Assembly: GCA_963840035.1 (NCBI GenBank)
Contig: CAWIXE010000002.1
Location: 416,001 to 480,000, forward strand
DNA: 64,000 nucleotides
Source: a candidate division FCPU426 bacterium
GTDB taxonomy: Bacteria; Oederibacteriota; PGYV01; Palsa-1178
Reading direction: 5' to 3'
Shown piece by piece: positions 19,059 to 29,164 of the stretch (positions within the stretch are counted from its first letter, which is position 1; every line of letters begins with the position of its first letter). A model generated the notes under the pieces. That model made no database searches, had not been told where the DNA came from, and saw only the letters and a program-made list of their open reading frames with translations. The translations under genes and the position numbers were made by a program.

Positions 19059-22000
19059 ATGCCGAAAAAAAAGAAACTGCCATATTTAAATACAAACCTT
19101 ACCTTTGATGAGCGCATAGATGACCTGGTATCCCGCATGACGCCTGAGGAGAAACTGTCCCAGCTTCTTCATTCATCCCCGGAGATAAAAAGGCTCGGTA
19201 TCCCGAAGTACAACTGGTGGAACGAGGCGCTTCACGGAGTGGCAAGGGCCGGGATAGCCACTGTTTTCCCGCAGGCCATCGGGCTTGCGGCCACTTTTAA
19301 TGACGAACTCATTTTTAATGCCGCGACCGCCATATCGGATGAAGCTCGCGCCAAGCACCACAATGCCGTGAGGAAAGGCTTCAGGGAGATGTTTTACGGG
19401 CTTAATTTCTGGTCGCCTAATATAAATATATTCCGCGACCCGCGCTGGGGCAGGGGCCAGGAAACTTACGGTGAGGACCCGTATCTTACATCCCGGATGG
19501 GATGCGCTTTTGTGAAGGGCATGCAGGGAAATGACCCAAAATATTTAAAGACCGCCGCGTGCGCGAAACATTTTGCAGTTCACAGCGGCCCCGAGGGCAT
19601 ACGTCATACCTTTGACGCCAAAGTTTCTGAAAAAGATTTACACGAGACCTATTTACCCGCCTTTAAGGCGCTTGTTAAAGAGGCGAAAGTTGAGACTGTA
19701 ATGGGCGCGTACAACAGGACCCTTGGCGAGCCGTGCTGCGCATCAAAAAAACTGCTTGTAGACATACTCCGCAATGAGTGGGGGTTTAAAGGGCATGTAG
19801 TTTCCGATTGCGGCGCCATACATGACATATATAAGAACCATCTTTACACAAAGACCGCGGCTGAAGCCGCCGCGCTTTCCGTAAAACTGGGATGCGATAT
19901 GAACTGCTGCCTGTTCGGCGAGATGTGTTCGGAATCCGGCAAGGGCCTTGAAAAAGCGCACCAGTACGGGCTGCTTGAGGAAAAATATGTGGACATATCA
20001 TTGAAACGCGTGTTAATGACCAGGTTTAAGCTTGGTATGTTTGACTCCGGTGTTAAATACTCTGAGATCCCATTTTCCGCGGTTGATTCCCCTAAAAACA
20101 GGAAACTTGCCCTTGAAACTGCAAGGCAGTCGCTTGTGCTTTTAAAGAATGACGGGATACTTCCCCTTAAAAATGTAAAGTCACTGGCCGTAATAGGGCC
20201 TAACGCGGATGACATAGAAGCGCTGCTGGGCAATTACTGTGGGTTTCCGTCAGAATGGGTTACACCGCTTGCAGGTATTAAAAAAGCAGCCGGTAAAAAA
20301 GTTAAGGTGCGCTTCTTAAAAGCATGCGCCATTAACGACAATTACTCTGACCAGGATGTAGCCATAGCGGAAATGGCGGGATTAAGCGACGCGGTCATAA
20401 TGGTGCTCGGCATGAATTCTACAATTGAAGGCGAGGAAGGCGCGGGCGGAGGCGACGGCGACAGAAAAAGCCTGGACCTGCCAAAAGCGCAGCAGCAGAT
20501 ACTGAAAGCCGCATGCGCGGCGGGAAAACCGGTCATAGTTATAATAATGACCGGAAGCGCTGTTAATATAGACAAGGACAATAAGAATATAAGAGCCATA
20601 ATCCAGGCATGGTATCCGGGCGAAGAGGGCGGGACCGCCATAGGCGAAGCTCTATTCGGCAAATACAACCCTGCAGGCAGGCTGCCCGTTACTTTTTATA
20701 AGTCTGTTGACGACCTTCCTGATTTTAAGGATTATGCCATGCAGAGCAGGACGTACAGGTATTTTAAAGGCGTACCGTTATACCCGTTTGGGTACGGGCT
20801 TTCATATACAAAATTTAAATATTCAAATCTGAAGATGCCAAAGGCCATTCACGAGGGCGATTCCATATCTTTAAGCGTGGAAGTAAAAAACGCTGGAAAA
20901 ATGGACGGGGACGAGGTGGTACAGGTTTATCTTAAGTACCCTTCAACAGTCGCGGAGGCGCCGCTTAAGACGCTGTGCGGCATAAAAAGAGTGCGCATTA
21001 AAAGGGGAAAAACAGCGGTTGTTGATTTTACAATCACACGCGAACAGATGCTTGTTTATAATAACGACGGAAGGCAGTTTATAGAGCCGGGTGTCCATGA
21101 GGTGTGTATAGGCGGCATCCAGCCGGGATTCGAGAAAATGGCGGCCACTACAGGCGCTATTAAAGGCGTATTCAGCATAAAAGAGGCAGTGCAGGTTGTG
21201 AAACCTGTGAAGATAAGAATGGATGATTACAAAGGGTTCCGGGTTAAGGGCAGGTTCATATATGACGGTAACGGCGAGAAGTTCATCATACGCGGGGTAA
21301 ACAAGATGGTGGTGTGGCTTGACCCAGACGGCGAGCCTTCTTTTACCGAGATAGCTAAAACAGGCGCCAATGCCGTGCGCATAGTGTGGACCATAAAAGA
21401 CGCTTCAATGGAAGGGCTTGAGCTGGCCATTTCCAACTGCGTAAAGCATTCCATGGTGCCAATTATAGAACTTCATGACCACACCGGAAACTGGGACGAC
21501 GTAGTTTTCAGGCAGTTTAACAATTACTGGACAAACCCGAAAATGGTTTCAATCATAAAGAAATATGAAAAATATGTGATAGTGAATTATGGCAATGAAA
21601 TAGGTAATGATAAAGTGACACAAAGCCAGTATAAGTCCCGGTACACAGACGCGATTTTGAAAATGAGGGCTGCCGGAATACGCGTGCCAATCATGATTGA
21701 CCCGGCATGCTGGGGCACGTCCATGGATTATTTCTATGAGAACCATGAATTTATAACTTCAAAGGACCCGCTGAAAAACGTGATATATTCCATACATATG
21801 TGGTGGAATGACGGCAAAGCGCAGAGGGTAAAAGACGCCATAAGAACCGCCGCTGAAAAGGAAATCCCGCTTGTAGTAGGCGAGTTTGCCGTAGCCGGCC
21901 CGGAGAACAAAGGGCTTATCTGCTACGAGACCATTATTGCCGAGTGCCATAAGGCAGGGACAGGCTGGCTCGCGTGGGAATGGGGCCCGGGAAACCTGCA

Positions 22001-22124
22001 CGGAAACCTGATGGACATGACAAAGGATTCAAAGTTCGATACCCTGTGGGGATGGGCAAAGGAAGTATGCCTGGACAGCCCGTACAGCATTAAGAAGACG
22101 GCGGTAAGGCCGGATATCTTTTAA
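19059..22124 (+). CDS. GH3 (beta-xylosidase/glucosidase-like) + Fn3-like + C-terminal GH5 (mannanase-like) fusion
   Basis: WWNEALHG, RDPRWGRGQET, KHF, VSDCGA, GEEG; then RGVN, ELHDHTG, NYGNE, SIHM, VGEF, WLAWEW. Confidence 0.9.
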   Translation: MPKKKKLPYLNTNLTFDERIDDLVSRMTPEEKLSQLLHSSPEIKRLGIPKYNWWNEALHGVARAGIATVFPQAIGLAATFNDELIFNAATAISDEARAKHHNAVRKGFREMFYGLNFWSPNINIFRDPRWGRGQETYGEDPYLTSRMGCAFVKGMQGNDPKYLKTAACAKHFAVHSGPEGIRHTFDAKVSEKDLHETYLPAFKALVKEAKVETVMGAYNRTLGEPCCASKKLLVDILRNEWGFKGHVVSDCGAIHDIYKNHLYTKTAAEAAALSVKLGCDMNCCLFGEMCSESGKGLEKAHQYGLLEEKYVDISLKRVLMTRFKLGMFDSGVKYSEIPFSAVDSPKNRKLALETARQSLVLLKNDGILPLKNVKSLAVIGPNADDIEALLGNYCGFPSEWVTPLAGIKKAAGKKVKVRFLKACAINDNYSDQDVAIAEMAGLSDAVIMVLGMNSTIEGEEGAGGGDGDRKSLDLPKAQQQILKAACAAGKPVIVIIMTGSAVNIDKDNKNIRAIIQAWYPGEEGGTAIGEALFGKYNPAGRLPVTFYKSVDDLPDFKDYAMQSRTYRYFKGVPLYPFGYGLSYTKFKYSNLKMPKAIHEGDSISLSVEVKNAGKMDGDEVVQVYLKYPSTVAEAPLKTLCGIKRVRIKRGKTAVVDFTITREQMLVYNNDGRQFIEPGVHEVCIGGIQPGFEKMAATTGAIKGVFSIKEAVQVVKPVKIRMDDYKGFRVKGRFIYDGNGEKFIIRGVNKMVVWLDPDGEPSFTEIAKTGANAVRIVWTIKDASMEGLELAISNCVKHSMVPIIELHDHTGNWDDVVFRQFNNYWTNPKMVSIIKKYEKYVIVNYGNEIGNDKVTQSQYKSRYTDAILKMRAAGIRVPIMIDPACWGTSMDYFYENHEFITSKDPLKNVIYSIHMWWNDGKAQRVKDAIRTAAEKEIPLVVGEFAVAGPENKGLICYETIIAECHKAGTGWLAWEWGPGNLHGNLMDMTKDSKFDTLWGWAKEVCLDSPYSIKKTAVRPDIF

Positions 22125-22185
22125 GGAAAATTACTAATTACTAATGACTAATTACTAATAAATGCAATGAAGAACGAGGCGATAA

Positions 22186-22503
22186 ATGGCTGGAAAGAAA
22201 AAAGACTGGAATGTTTATATTGTGCGTTGTGCGGATAAGAGCTTATACACAGGAATATCCAACGATGTAAAAGCCCGCGTAAAAAAACATAATAGCGGCA
22301 AAGGCGCAAAATATATCATACCTGCCCGCAGGCCGGTAAAGCTTTTATATGTTGAGGAAGGATTTACTATGGGCGCGGCGTTAAAAAGGGAACTGGCTAT
22401 AAAGAAGCTGGGTAAAGCCGCGAAAGAAGCGTTGGTAAAAAAAAGAGCAAGAAGGATAAAGGCTAAACGCCGCACGTTGAAAGTTGTTAAAGCAGACTAT
22501 TGA
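22186..22503 (+). CDS. GIY-YIG nuclease (YhbQ/UPF0213-like)
   Basis: VYIVRC.D.SLYTG, R...HNSGKGAKY, ALKRE..IK. Confidence 0.9.
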   Translation: MAGKKKDWNVYIVRCADKSLYTGISNDVKARVKKHNSGKGAKYIIPARRPVKLLYVEEGFTMGAALKRELAIKKLGKAAKEALVKKRARRIKAKRRTLKVVKADY

Positions 22504-22553
22504 GATCATTGAGACCTCTGAGATTATTGAGACTGATCTAAAAGGCGGTACCT

Positions 22554-22916
22554 ATGACAGACGAAATCTTCGAAAAAAAGAAACGCGACTTTGAGTGCCT
22601 TAAATGCGGCGATTGCTGCGCTGTGCCCGGGGAGGTGTTTTTAACCCTGAAAGAGGGCGAAAAGATGGCGAAGCTCCTGAAAATGGGTTTTGAGGAATTT
22701 AAGGAAAAACACATGAAAAAAGTGTGGCAGCAGCACATGCTGAAAATGCCATATAAGGGCGGCTGCACCTTCTGGGTGGACAAGAACTGTTCTGTTTATG
22801 AAGCGCGTCCCGAACAGTGCAGGACATTCCCGTACTGGCCGGAGCTGGTTAAAAATCATGAAGACTGGAAAAGTATAGAATCGTATTGCGCGGGCGCGAA
22901 GAAAATAGCAAAATAA
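22554..22916 (+). CDS. YkgJ / CxxCxxCC cysteine-cluster protein
   Basis: CLKCGDCC, C.F....C.VYEARPEQCRTFPYW. Confidence 0.9.
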   Translation: MTDEIFEKKKRDFECLKCGDCCAVPGEVFLTLKEGEKMAKLLKMGFEEFKEKHMKKVWQQHMLKMPYKGGCTFWVDKNCSVYEARPEQCRTFPYWPELVKNHEDWKSIESYCAGAKKIAK

Positions 22917-23049
22917 GACGGACCCATACCATACCTTGCTGGAATTGGTCGTTTTTTTCTATGGCTATTTGGTCTCGTAGGGGCGAGCCGGTGGCTCGCC
23001 CGGTATTTGAGATCCGGGATGTACTGATACAATAAAAAAGGAGTTTTGC

Positions 23050-23460
23050 ATGGCATTTATGAAAAAGTCACTTATACTATTGCTGGTTGTTTCAGCTATT
23101 ATTGCCGCGTTTTATGGCATGCAGGCGCTTGGTAAGCGCACGGGCAAGGCTTATGTGCTGGCAAACGAGCTTAAGGCGCAGGGGCTGGCTTTTGACAGGA
23201 TGAACGTCGCGCGGTCAACTAATATGTATGAGGAAATCAGCATAAGCGGACAGGATCTTCTGGTAAAGATAAGCCATTATGGAAATGGCTTGTTTTTGAA
23301 GCAGATAAAGCATAACTTAAGGCACGATAAGGAAGAAACAAATTCCAAAGAACCAATTTATGTCGGAGGCGCTTATATTATAGTGGTTTACCTGGAACCG
23401 TCTAAAGGTTATGTGAGGTCGTTTCTGGAGAAGTATTTTCCGGGGTTGGAAGAGTACTAA
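23050..23460 (+). CDS. Hypothetical protein with N-terminal TM/signal segment
   Basis: AGGAG RBS, hydrophobic N-terminus. Confidence 0.6.
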   Translation: MAFMKKSLILLLVVSAIIAAFYGMQALGKRTGKAYVLANELKAQGLAFDRMNVARSTNMYEEISISGQDLLVKISHYGNGLFLKQIKHNLRHDKEETNSKEPIYVGGAYIIVVYLEPSKGYVRSFLEKYFPGLEEY

Positions 23461-23530
23461 GATCAGTGGGTTGTGGGTAGTTGGTGGTGGGTGGAGGAAA
23501 GACGAGACAAGAGACTGGAGACAGGAAACA

Positions 23531-23908
23531 TTGGATATTATTGAAGCGGCTAAAAAAGGGGATGTGAACGCGCTGAAAGAGTGCGTTAAAAACAAGGTTA
23601 ACATCAACGCGGGGGACCGCGATAATGTTACACCTATAGTCTGGGCCGCGTATCACAATCAGCTGGCGGCGGTAGAGTACCTGATATCTGTTAAGGCCGA
23701 CCTTAATTCCAGGGGTAAGGATGGAATTACGGCAATTATGCGCGCGGTTGAAAAGAACAATGTGGACATGGTAAAAGCCATTATTTCAGCCGGGGCGAAT
23801 GTGAATATCGTAGATACTTACAAATGCACGGCGTTATCGAGAGCGGTTAAAGAAACCAGGAATCCGGTTATCACGGACCTGTTAAAGAAGGCAGGTGCAA
23901 AAGTTTAA
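23531..23908 (+). CDS. Ankyrin repeat protein (TTG start inferred)
   Basis: Repeated TP/TA.L..A...N....V..L...GA.VN units; the upstream extension in the track is repeat DNA. Confidence 0.85.
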   Translation: MDIIEAAKKGDVNALKECVKNKVNINAGDRDNVTPIVWAAYHNQLAAVEYLISVKADLNSRGKDGITAIMRAVEKNNVDMVKAIISAGANVNIVDTYKCTALSRAVKETRNPVITDLLKKAGAKV

Positions 23909-23935
23909 TTGACGATTGTCAATTGGTCAGATATT

Positions 23936-23996
23936 GTAGGGGCAATTCACGAATTGCCCAACGCGGTAAGGCGGGCGATTCATGAATCGCCCCTAC
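23936..23996. repeat. Inverted REP doublet GTAGGGGCRATTCAYGAATYGCCC
   Basis: Copies also at 51944-52001 and 56658-56718. Confidence 0.9.
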
Positions 23997-24115
23997 AAAA
24001 CCAAAGGGATAAACGCCTTCCAATCGTCAATAGTCAATCATTTTTAAATGCCCTTTATATTTCACCAATTTTGTGATATAATGGTGTTGTAACACTTATA
24101 TAACAGGAGTAAACA

Positions 24116-24811
24116 TTGAAGAAAAGGACCATTTTAATAGATGAAATAGAGGAAAAAGAACACTCTCACAAGCCTGTTTCCGACCGTAATAAGGGGCGTT
24201 TGATTGTGTTTGAGGGGCCTGAAGGCTCCGGCAAGTCGACCCAGCTTGAGCGTATTTACAAGTATATGAAGGCCAAAAAGGCCAAAACCATATTGCTTCG
24301 CGAACCCGGCGGGACTGTCATTTCCGAGAAGATCAGGTCAATTATTCTTGATAAGGCCCATAAGAACATATCGGATAAGACGGAACTGCTCCTTTACATC
24401 GCCAGCAGGGCGCAGATAGTGGAAGAAAAATTAAAACCACTGCTTGATCAGGGCTACACAATCCTGCTCGACCGTTTTTATCTTGCTACCATAGTTTATC
24501 AGGGCTATGCCCGAGGCATAGACCGCAAGTGGATTGACGAGTTAAACACCTACTCGCTGGCAGGGCTTAAGGAAGACCTTACTATAATTTACGACGTCAC
24601 GCTTGAAGAAGCCGGGCGCAGGATGAAAAAACGCGTCAAGCGCGACAGGCTTGACGAAGAGGCCGCGGATTTTCACAGGAAAGTGCGCGACGGGTATTTA
24701 AAAGAAGCAAAAAAATCAGGGACATGCCTGGTTATTTCAACGGACAACAAGGGCGAGGAAGCGGTTTATAAAGAGACCATTTTCAACCTGGAGAGGAAAG
24801 GCCTGGTATAA
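24116..24811 (+). CDS. tmk: Thymidylate kinase
   Basis: FEGPEGSGKST, REPGGT, DRF....VYQG. Confidence 0.95.
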   Translation: MKKRTILIDEIEEKEHSHKPVSDRNKGRLIVFEGPEGSGKSTQLERIYKYMKAKKAKTILLREPGGTVISEKIRSIILDKAHKNISDKTELLLYIASRAQIVEEKLKPLLDQGYTILLDRFYLATIVYQGYARGIDRKWIDELNTYSLAGLKEDLTIIYDVTLEEAGRRMKKRVKRDRLDEEAADFHRKVRDGYLKEAKKSGTCLVISTDNKGEEAVYKETIFNLERKGLV

Positions 24812-25893
24812 TGGCGGTATCTGACATAGCCGGCAACGTTAAGGCTAAAAAAATAATATTATCCACGGTAAAGGGCGGCAAGTTCGGCACTTCCTTTATC
24901 TTCCACGGCGAGGAAAACATCGGCAAGAATTTTGCAGCGCGCCAGTTTGCCAAGGTGATGAACTGCTTAAACCCGAAGCCGGACAACGACTGCTGCGACG
25001 CGTGCGCCAGCTGCAAGCTTATCGATAAAATCCTGGGAAATCTGGATGAGGACTCCATGCAGAAATTCCCGCATCCTGACGCGAAATACATCAATACTGA
25101 CAAGGCGCAGCTTGTGGTGGATTTAGTCAGGGATGAACTCAATGAATTCAACGCGTATAAAGGCATACAGCTTAAGAAAAAGGTAATGATAATCCAGGAC
25201 GCCGAGAGGATGAATAAAGAGGCTTCCAACTCCATATTAAAAGAACTCGAAGAACCCAATAATAACGTCGCTATCATACTTATAATCAACCAGTTAGACA
25301 GGGTCCTTCCGACCATATTATCCAGGTGCCGGCGCATAGACATAAGCAGGGCATCCACGCAGGAGATAGAAAAACAGCTTAAAAAGACACTTCCTGACAT
25401 GGATGACGCCGCTGTTAAGCAGGCTGCCATGTTTTCGGAAGGCAAGATGGGCGAGGCTTTCAGGTACGACGAGATAAAAAAGGAAGTTTTGGACGCGGCA
25501 TCCATTTTTAAGGTCATGGCATCCAAAAAAGACGACGTGGAGTCGATTTTTGAGGCGGTAAAGATGGTGGAAGGCATGTATAAAGAGGCCCAGGAGGCTG
25601 AAAAAAAGGCTAAAAAAACGGGCATTGCACGCATATTTTTGCTTGATATTCTCCGCATATTGTCATATATTTATAAGGACCTTATGCTGGAGAAGATGTC
25701 CGTAAAAAGCGTCATGCGCTCAAAATACGGTATAAACCCCTCTGACCTGAGGGACTACAACGTTAAGAAACTTGTTAAGATTTCGGCACTCATAGAAGAG
25801 TACCACAGGTACATGGCGCTAAACGCCAATGTCAGCCTGCTGTTCAATAATTTATTTTTTGAGGTGAGAAAGGTAGGGCTTGCTAATGATTGA
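24811..25893 (+). CDS. holB: DNA polymerase III delta' subunit
   Basis: Degenerate Walker A, C..C..C..C zinc motif, HPD, LKELEEP, LPTILSRC; follows tmk. Confidence 0.9.
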   Translation: MAVSDIAGNVKAKKIILSTVKGGKFGTSFIFHGEENIGKNFAARQFAKVMNCLNPKPDNDCCDACASCKLIDKILGNLDEDSMQKFPHPDAKYINTDKAQLVVDLVRDELNEFNAYKGIQLKKKVMIIQDAERMNKEASNSILKELEEPNNNVAIILIINQLDRVLPTILSRCRRIDISRASTQEIEKQLKKTLPDMDDAAVKQAAMFSEGKMGEAFRYDEIKKEVLDAASIFKVMASKKDDVESIFEAVKMVEGMYKEAQEAEKKAKKTGIARIFLLDILRILSYIYKDLMLEKMSVKSVMRSKYGINPSDLRDYNVKKLVKISALIEEYHRYMALNANVSLLFNNLFFEVRKVGLAND

Positions 25894-26638
25894 AGTTGTT
25901 GGAATAAAATTTAAGGACGATGAAAAGATTCATTATTATAATCCCCAGAAAATGCATATGGAAAAAGGGGAAAAATGCCTTGTGGAGACCATGGACGGAT
26001 CGCATGACGGCGAAGTCGCGCTCGCGAATTTCTTTGTTGAGCCGGATAAAATTTACGCGCCCCTGCGCAGGATACTTGAGTATCTGACGGACAAGCAGGA
26101 GGTCTTTGAACAGAAAAAAGACCGCATGGAGGAAAAGGCAAAAGATTTCTGCGCCAAAAGAATAGAGTCCAGGAATCTGGTCATGAAGCTGGTGGACGTC
26201 AAGTACACCGACGACCTCAAAAAGGTTGTCTTCTTTTTTGTCGCTGAGAAAAGGGTGGATTTCAGGGAGCTGTTAAAGGACCTGGTAAAAACGCTCAGGG
26301 TCAAGATAGAGCTCCGCCAGATAAGCCGCAGGGAATACGCCAAGAAGATCGGCGCCGCGGGCATATGCGGCAGGATAGTGTGCTGCAAGAACCACTTAAA
26401 GTCATTCGCGCCAATAACGATTAAAATGGCCAAGAATCAGGGGCTTCCGCTTAACCCGACAAAGATTTCCGGCGTGTGCGGGAGGCTGCTGTGCTGCCTG
26501 GCTTATGAAAAATACGACGCGCCTGTTTCGTCGTCAATATTCCAGAAACTTCAGGTGGCTGACGCGTCCAGCGAGATAATACTCGACGAGCCGACAGTGG
26601 ACACCGAAGTGGATGTCAACTGGAACAGCGAAGGATAG
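25886..26638 (+). CDS. ricT: PSP1-domain protein RicT/YaaT
   Basis: RVDFRELLKDL, CGR..CC, MAKNQ.L.LNP.KISG.CGRLLCCL. Confidence 0.9.
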   Translation: MIEVVGIKFKDDEKIHYYNPQKMHMEKGEKCLVETMDGSHDGEVALANFFVEPDKIYAPLRRILEYLTDKQEVFEQKKDRMEEKAKDFCAKRIESRNLVMKLVDVKYTDDLKKVVFFFVAEKRVDFRELLKDLVKTLRVKIELRQISRREYAKKIGAAGICGRIVCCKNHLKSFAPITIKMAKNQGLPLNPTKISGVCGRLLCCLAYEKYDAPVSSSIFQKLQVADASSEIILDEPTVDTEVDVNWNSEG

Positions 26639-26751
26639 TTTTAACTTAAAACTGAAAATTGAAAGCTGAAAACGGGGGCCGTTGTAACGCCTTAACTTTC
26701 AGTTTTCAGCTTTCAGTTTTAAACTTATAAGACACCGAAGGGAAAAACAAC

Positions 26752-28329
26752 ATGAAGAAGTTTTTCATAACCACCGCAATCGATTACGCTAACTCCAAAC
26801 CGCACGCGGGGCACGCTTATGAGAAGGTGACTTCCGATATAGTGGCGCGCTATAAAAGGCTGCGCGGTTATGATGTTTATTTCTGCACCGGCACTGACGA
26901 GCACTCGCTGAACGTCGCGGCAAACGCCAAAGAAATGAAAAAAGACCCGAAGGCTTTTGTCGATGAGATGGCTGTGGCTTTTAAAGACCTCTGCACGCTT
27001 TACAACATATCAAACAATGATTTTGTCCAGACCACCGAGCCCCGCCACGAAAAAAGCGTGTCGGAACTTTTTAAGCGCATCCACGCCGCGGGGGACATTT
27101 ACCAGGGCCACTATGAAGGCTGGTACTGCAAATCCTGCGAGGCTTTTTACACGCAGGCCGAGCTTGAAGAGGGCAACCTCTGCCCGGTGCACAAACTGCC
27201 GGCTGACCTGATAAAAGAGGAAAATTATTTTATAAGGCTTACAAAATACACTGAAAAACTGCAGGCAATGATAGAGTCAAACGAGTTCTTAATCAGGCCG
27301 GAATCAAGGCGCAATGAAGTGCTCGCGATGTTGAAGCGCGGATTTAAGGACATATCTGTTTCGCGCGCCGGCCTTGACTGGGGCATAAAGCTCCCGATAG
27401 ACCCCGGGCATACGGTGTATGTGTGGTTTGACGCGCTTATAAATTACATCACTGCCGCGGGTTTCGGAACTGATGAGGCAAAGTTCAGGAACTGGTGGGA
27501 CGGCTCCGAGCACATCGTCCACATAATCGGCAAGGACATAGTGAAGTTCCACTGCATCATATGGCCCATCATGTTGATGAGCGCCGGAGTTAAACTGCCA
27601 AACGAAGTTTTTGGCCACGGATTTTTGCTTAACAAAGGCGAGAAGATGTCAAAGACGCGCGGCAATGTGGTCGACCCGATAGAGATGGCAAACAAATACG
27701 GCACTGACCCGATACGTTTTTATTTTGCGTCAAAAGTTTCAAACGGTGACGACGGGGATTTTAACGAGGAAGCGGTAAAGCTGGCTTATAACATAGACCT
27801 GGCAAATGACCTGGGCAACCTGATATCCAGGTCAAATAACATGGTTGAAAAATACTGCGCGGGGCTCGCGCCCAAGCTTCACCCTGAAGCCATGGACGAT
27901 AAAATGAAGGCGCTGGAAACTGAAGCAAAAGCCCTGTGGCAGGGATACAGCGCTGCCATGGACAAATATGATTTTACCGCGGCAATTTCAAAAGTGTTTG
28001 TGTTAACAGGCATGGCAAACAAGCTCATAGAAGACGAAGCGCCATGGAACCTGCAGAAGGCCGGAAAGATGATGGAACTTGAATCTGTCCTTAACCTGCT
28101 TTTAGAGACCATAAGGCTCGCCTCAATCGCACTGGCCCCGGTAATGCCGGCCACAGCTGAAAAGATATGGGGCAAGATAGGCATGTCATATAAGATGGAT
28201 GGACTTGATATGGAAAAAGAGATGAAATACGGTTTTAACTGGGATGGGATAAAGGTAAGCAAGGGCGAGGCGTTGTTTATGAGGATAACTGAGGAAAGTA
28301 ATAAGTCAAAAGTAATAGGTCAGAAGTGA
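26752..28329 (+). CDS. metG: Methionine-tRNA ligase (short form)
   Basis: HAGH, GTDEH, YVWFDALINY, KMSKT. Confidence 0.96.
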   Translation: MKKFFITTAIDYANSKPHAGHAYEKVTSDIVARYKRLRGYDVYFCTGTDEHSLNVAANAKEMKKDPKAFVDEMAVAFKDLCTLYNISNNDFVQTTEPRHEKSVSELFKRIHAAGDIYQGHYEGWYCKSCEAFYTQAELEEGNLCPVHKLPADLIKEENYFIRLTKYTEKLQAMIESNEFLIRPESRRNEVLAMLKRGFKDISVSRAGLDWGIKLPIDPGHTVYVWFDALINYITAAGFGTDEAKFRNWWDGSEHIVHIIGKDIVKFHCIIWPIMLMSAGVKLPNEVFGHGFLLNKGEKMSKTRGNVVDPIEMANKYGTDPIRFYFASKVSNGDDGDFNEEAVKLAYNIDLANDLGNLISRSNNMVEKYCAGLAPKLHPEAMDDKMKALETEAKALWQGYSAAMDKYDFTAAISKVFVLTGMANKLIEDEAPWNLQKAGKMMELESVLNLLLETIRLASIALAPVMPATAEKIWGKIGMSYKMDGLDMEKEMKYGFNWDGIKVSKGEALFMRITEESNKSKVIGQK

Positions 28330-28393
28330 ACCGTATTGTAATTGTGACACCTATTACTTACTACTTATTAATTATTACTTTACGGAGTCTTTT

Positions 28394-29152
28394 ATGATAG
28401 TTGAAACCCACCTTCACCTGTGCGACGAGAAATACGACGCGGACAGGGATGAGGTTTTAAGCAGGGCAAAGCAGGCGGGCGTGGTTAAGATACTTAATAT
28501 TGGCGCCGAACTAAAGGAGACGCGTAAGGTCGCGGTGTATGAAAACGAAGGTGTTTTTAAGGCCCTTGGAATTCATCCGCATAATGCCCCTGAATTTGAC
28601 GCGGCTGTTAAAGAAGAGTTTAAGGGTTATTTTAAGGGCGGGAATAATATAAAAGCCGTAGGCGAAATCGGGCTTGATTTTTTTAAGAGCACAACGCCGG
28701 CGGATGTGCAGGAGAAAATTTTCAGGGAGTTCCTGGGGCTGGCTAAGGATTTTAACCTGCCCGTGGTCATACACAGCAGGGAAGCCCATGAAGAGACGCT
28801 TAAAATACTTAAGGAATATAAAATAGAAAAACGGGGCATAATCCACTGCTTTACCGGAGATGCTGCCGCTGCAAAGAAGTTTGTGGATGAGGGCTATGTA
28901 CTTGGAATTGGCGGGGTTTTGACATTCCCAAACGCGGAAGTTTTAAGGGATGCTGTAAAAGAAATGCCTCTTGAGTGTCTGGTCCTTGAAACAGACGCCC
29001 CATGGCTCGCGCCTAAAAGCGTCAGGGGCAAAAGGAATGAACCGGCTTTTTTAAAGGAAATAATACAGACGCTGGCGGGGATCAAAGGCGTGAGCGAGGC
29101 CAAAGTTGAGGAAGTAACGACGGCTACGGCTGAAAGGGTTTTGGGTATTTAG
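28394..29152 (+). CDS. tatD: TatD family hydrolase
   Basis: THLH, GEIGLDF, IHSRE, HCF, ETDAPWL. Confidence 0.95.
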   Translation: MIVETHLHLCDEKYDADRDEVLSRAKQAGVVKILNIGAELKETRKVAVYENEGVFKALGIHPHNAPEFDAAVKEEFKGYFKGGNNIKAVGEIGLDFFKSTTPADVQEKIFREFLGLAKDFNLPVVIHSREAHEETLKILKEYKIEKRGIIHCFTGDAAAAKKFVDEGYVLGIGGVLTFPNAEVLRDAVKEMPLECLVLETDAPWLAPKSVRGKRNEPAFLKEIIQTLAGIKGVSEAKVEEVTTATAERVLGI

Positions 29153-29164
29153 GGTAGGATAAAA

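Noticed and set aside
22186..22503. GIY-YIG protein as homing endonuclease or mobiliser of the repeats
   Set aside because: It looks like the ordinary stand-alone YhbQ type, with no intron context or evidence linking it to the repeats.
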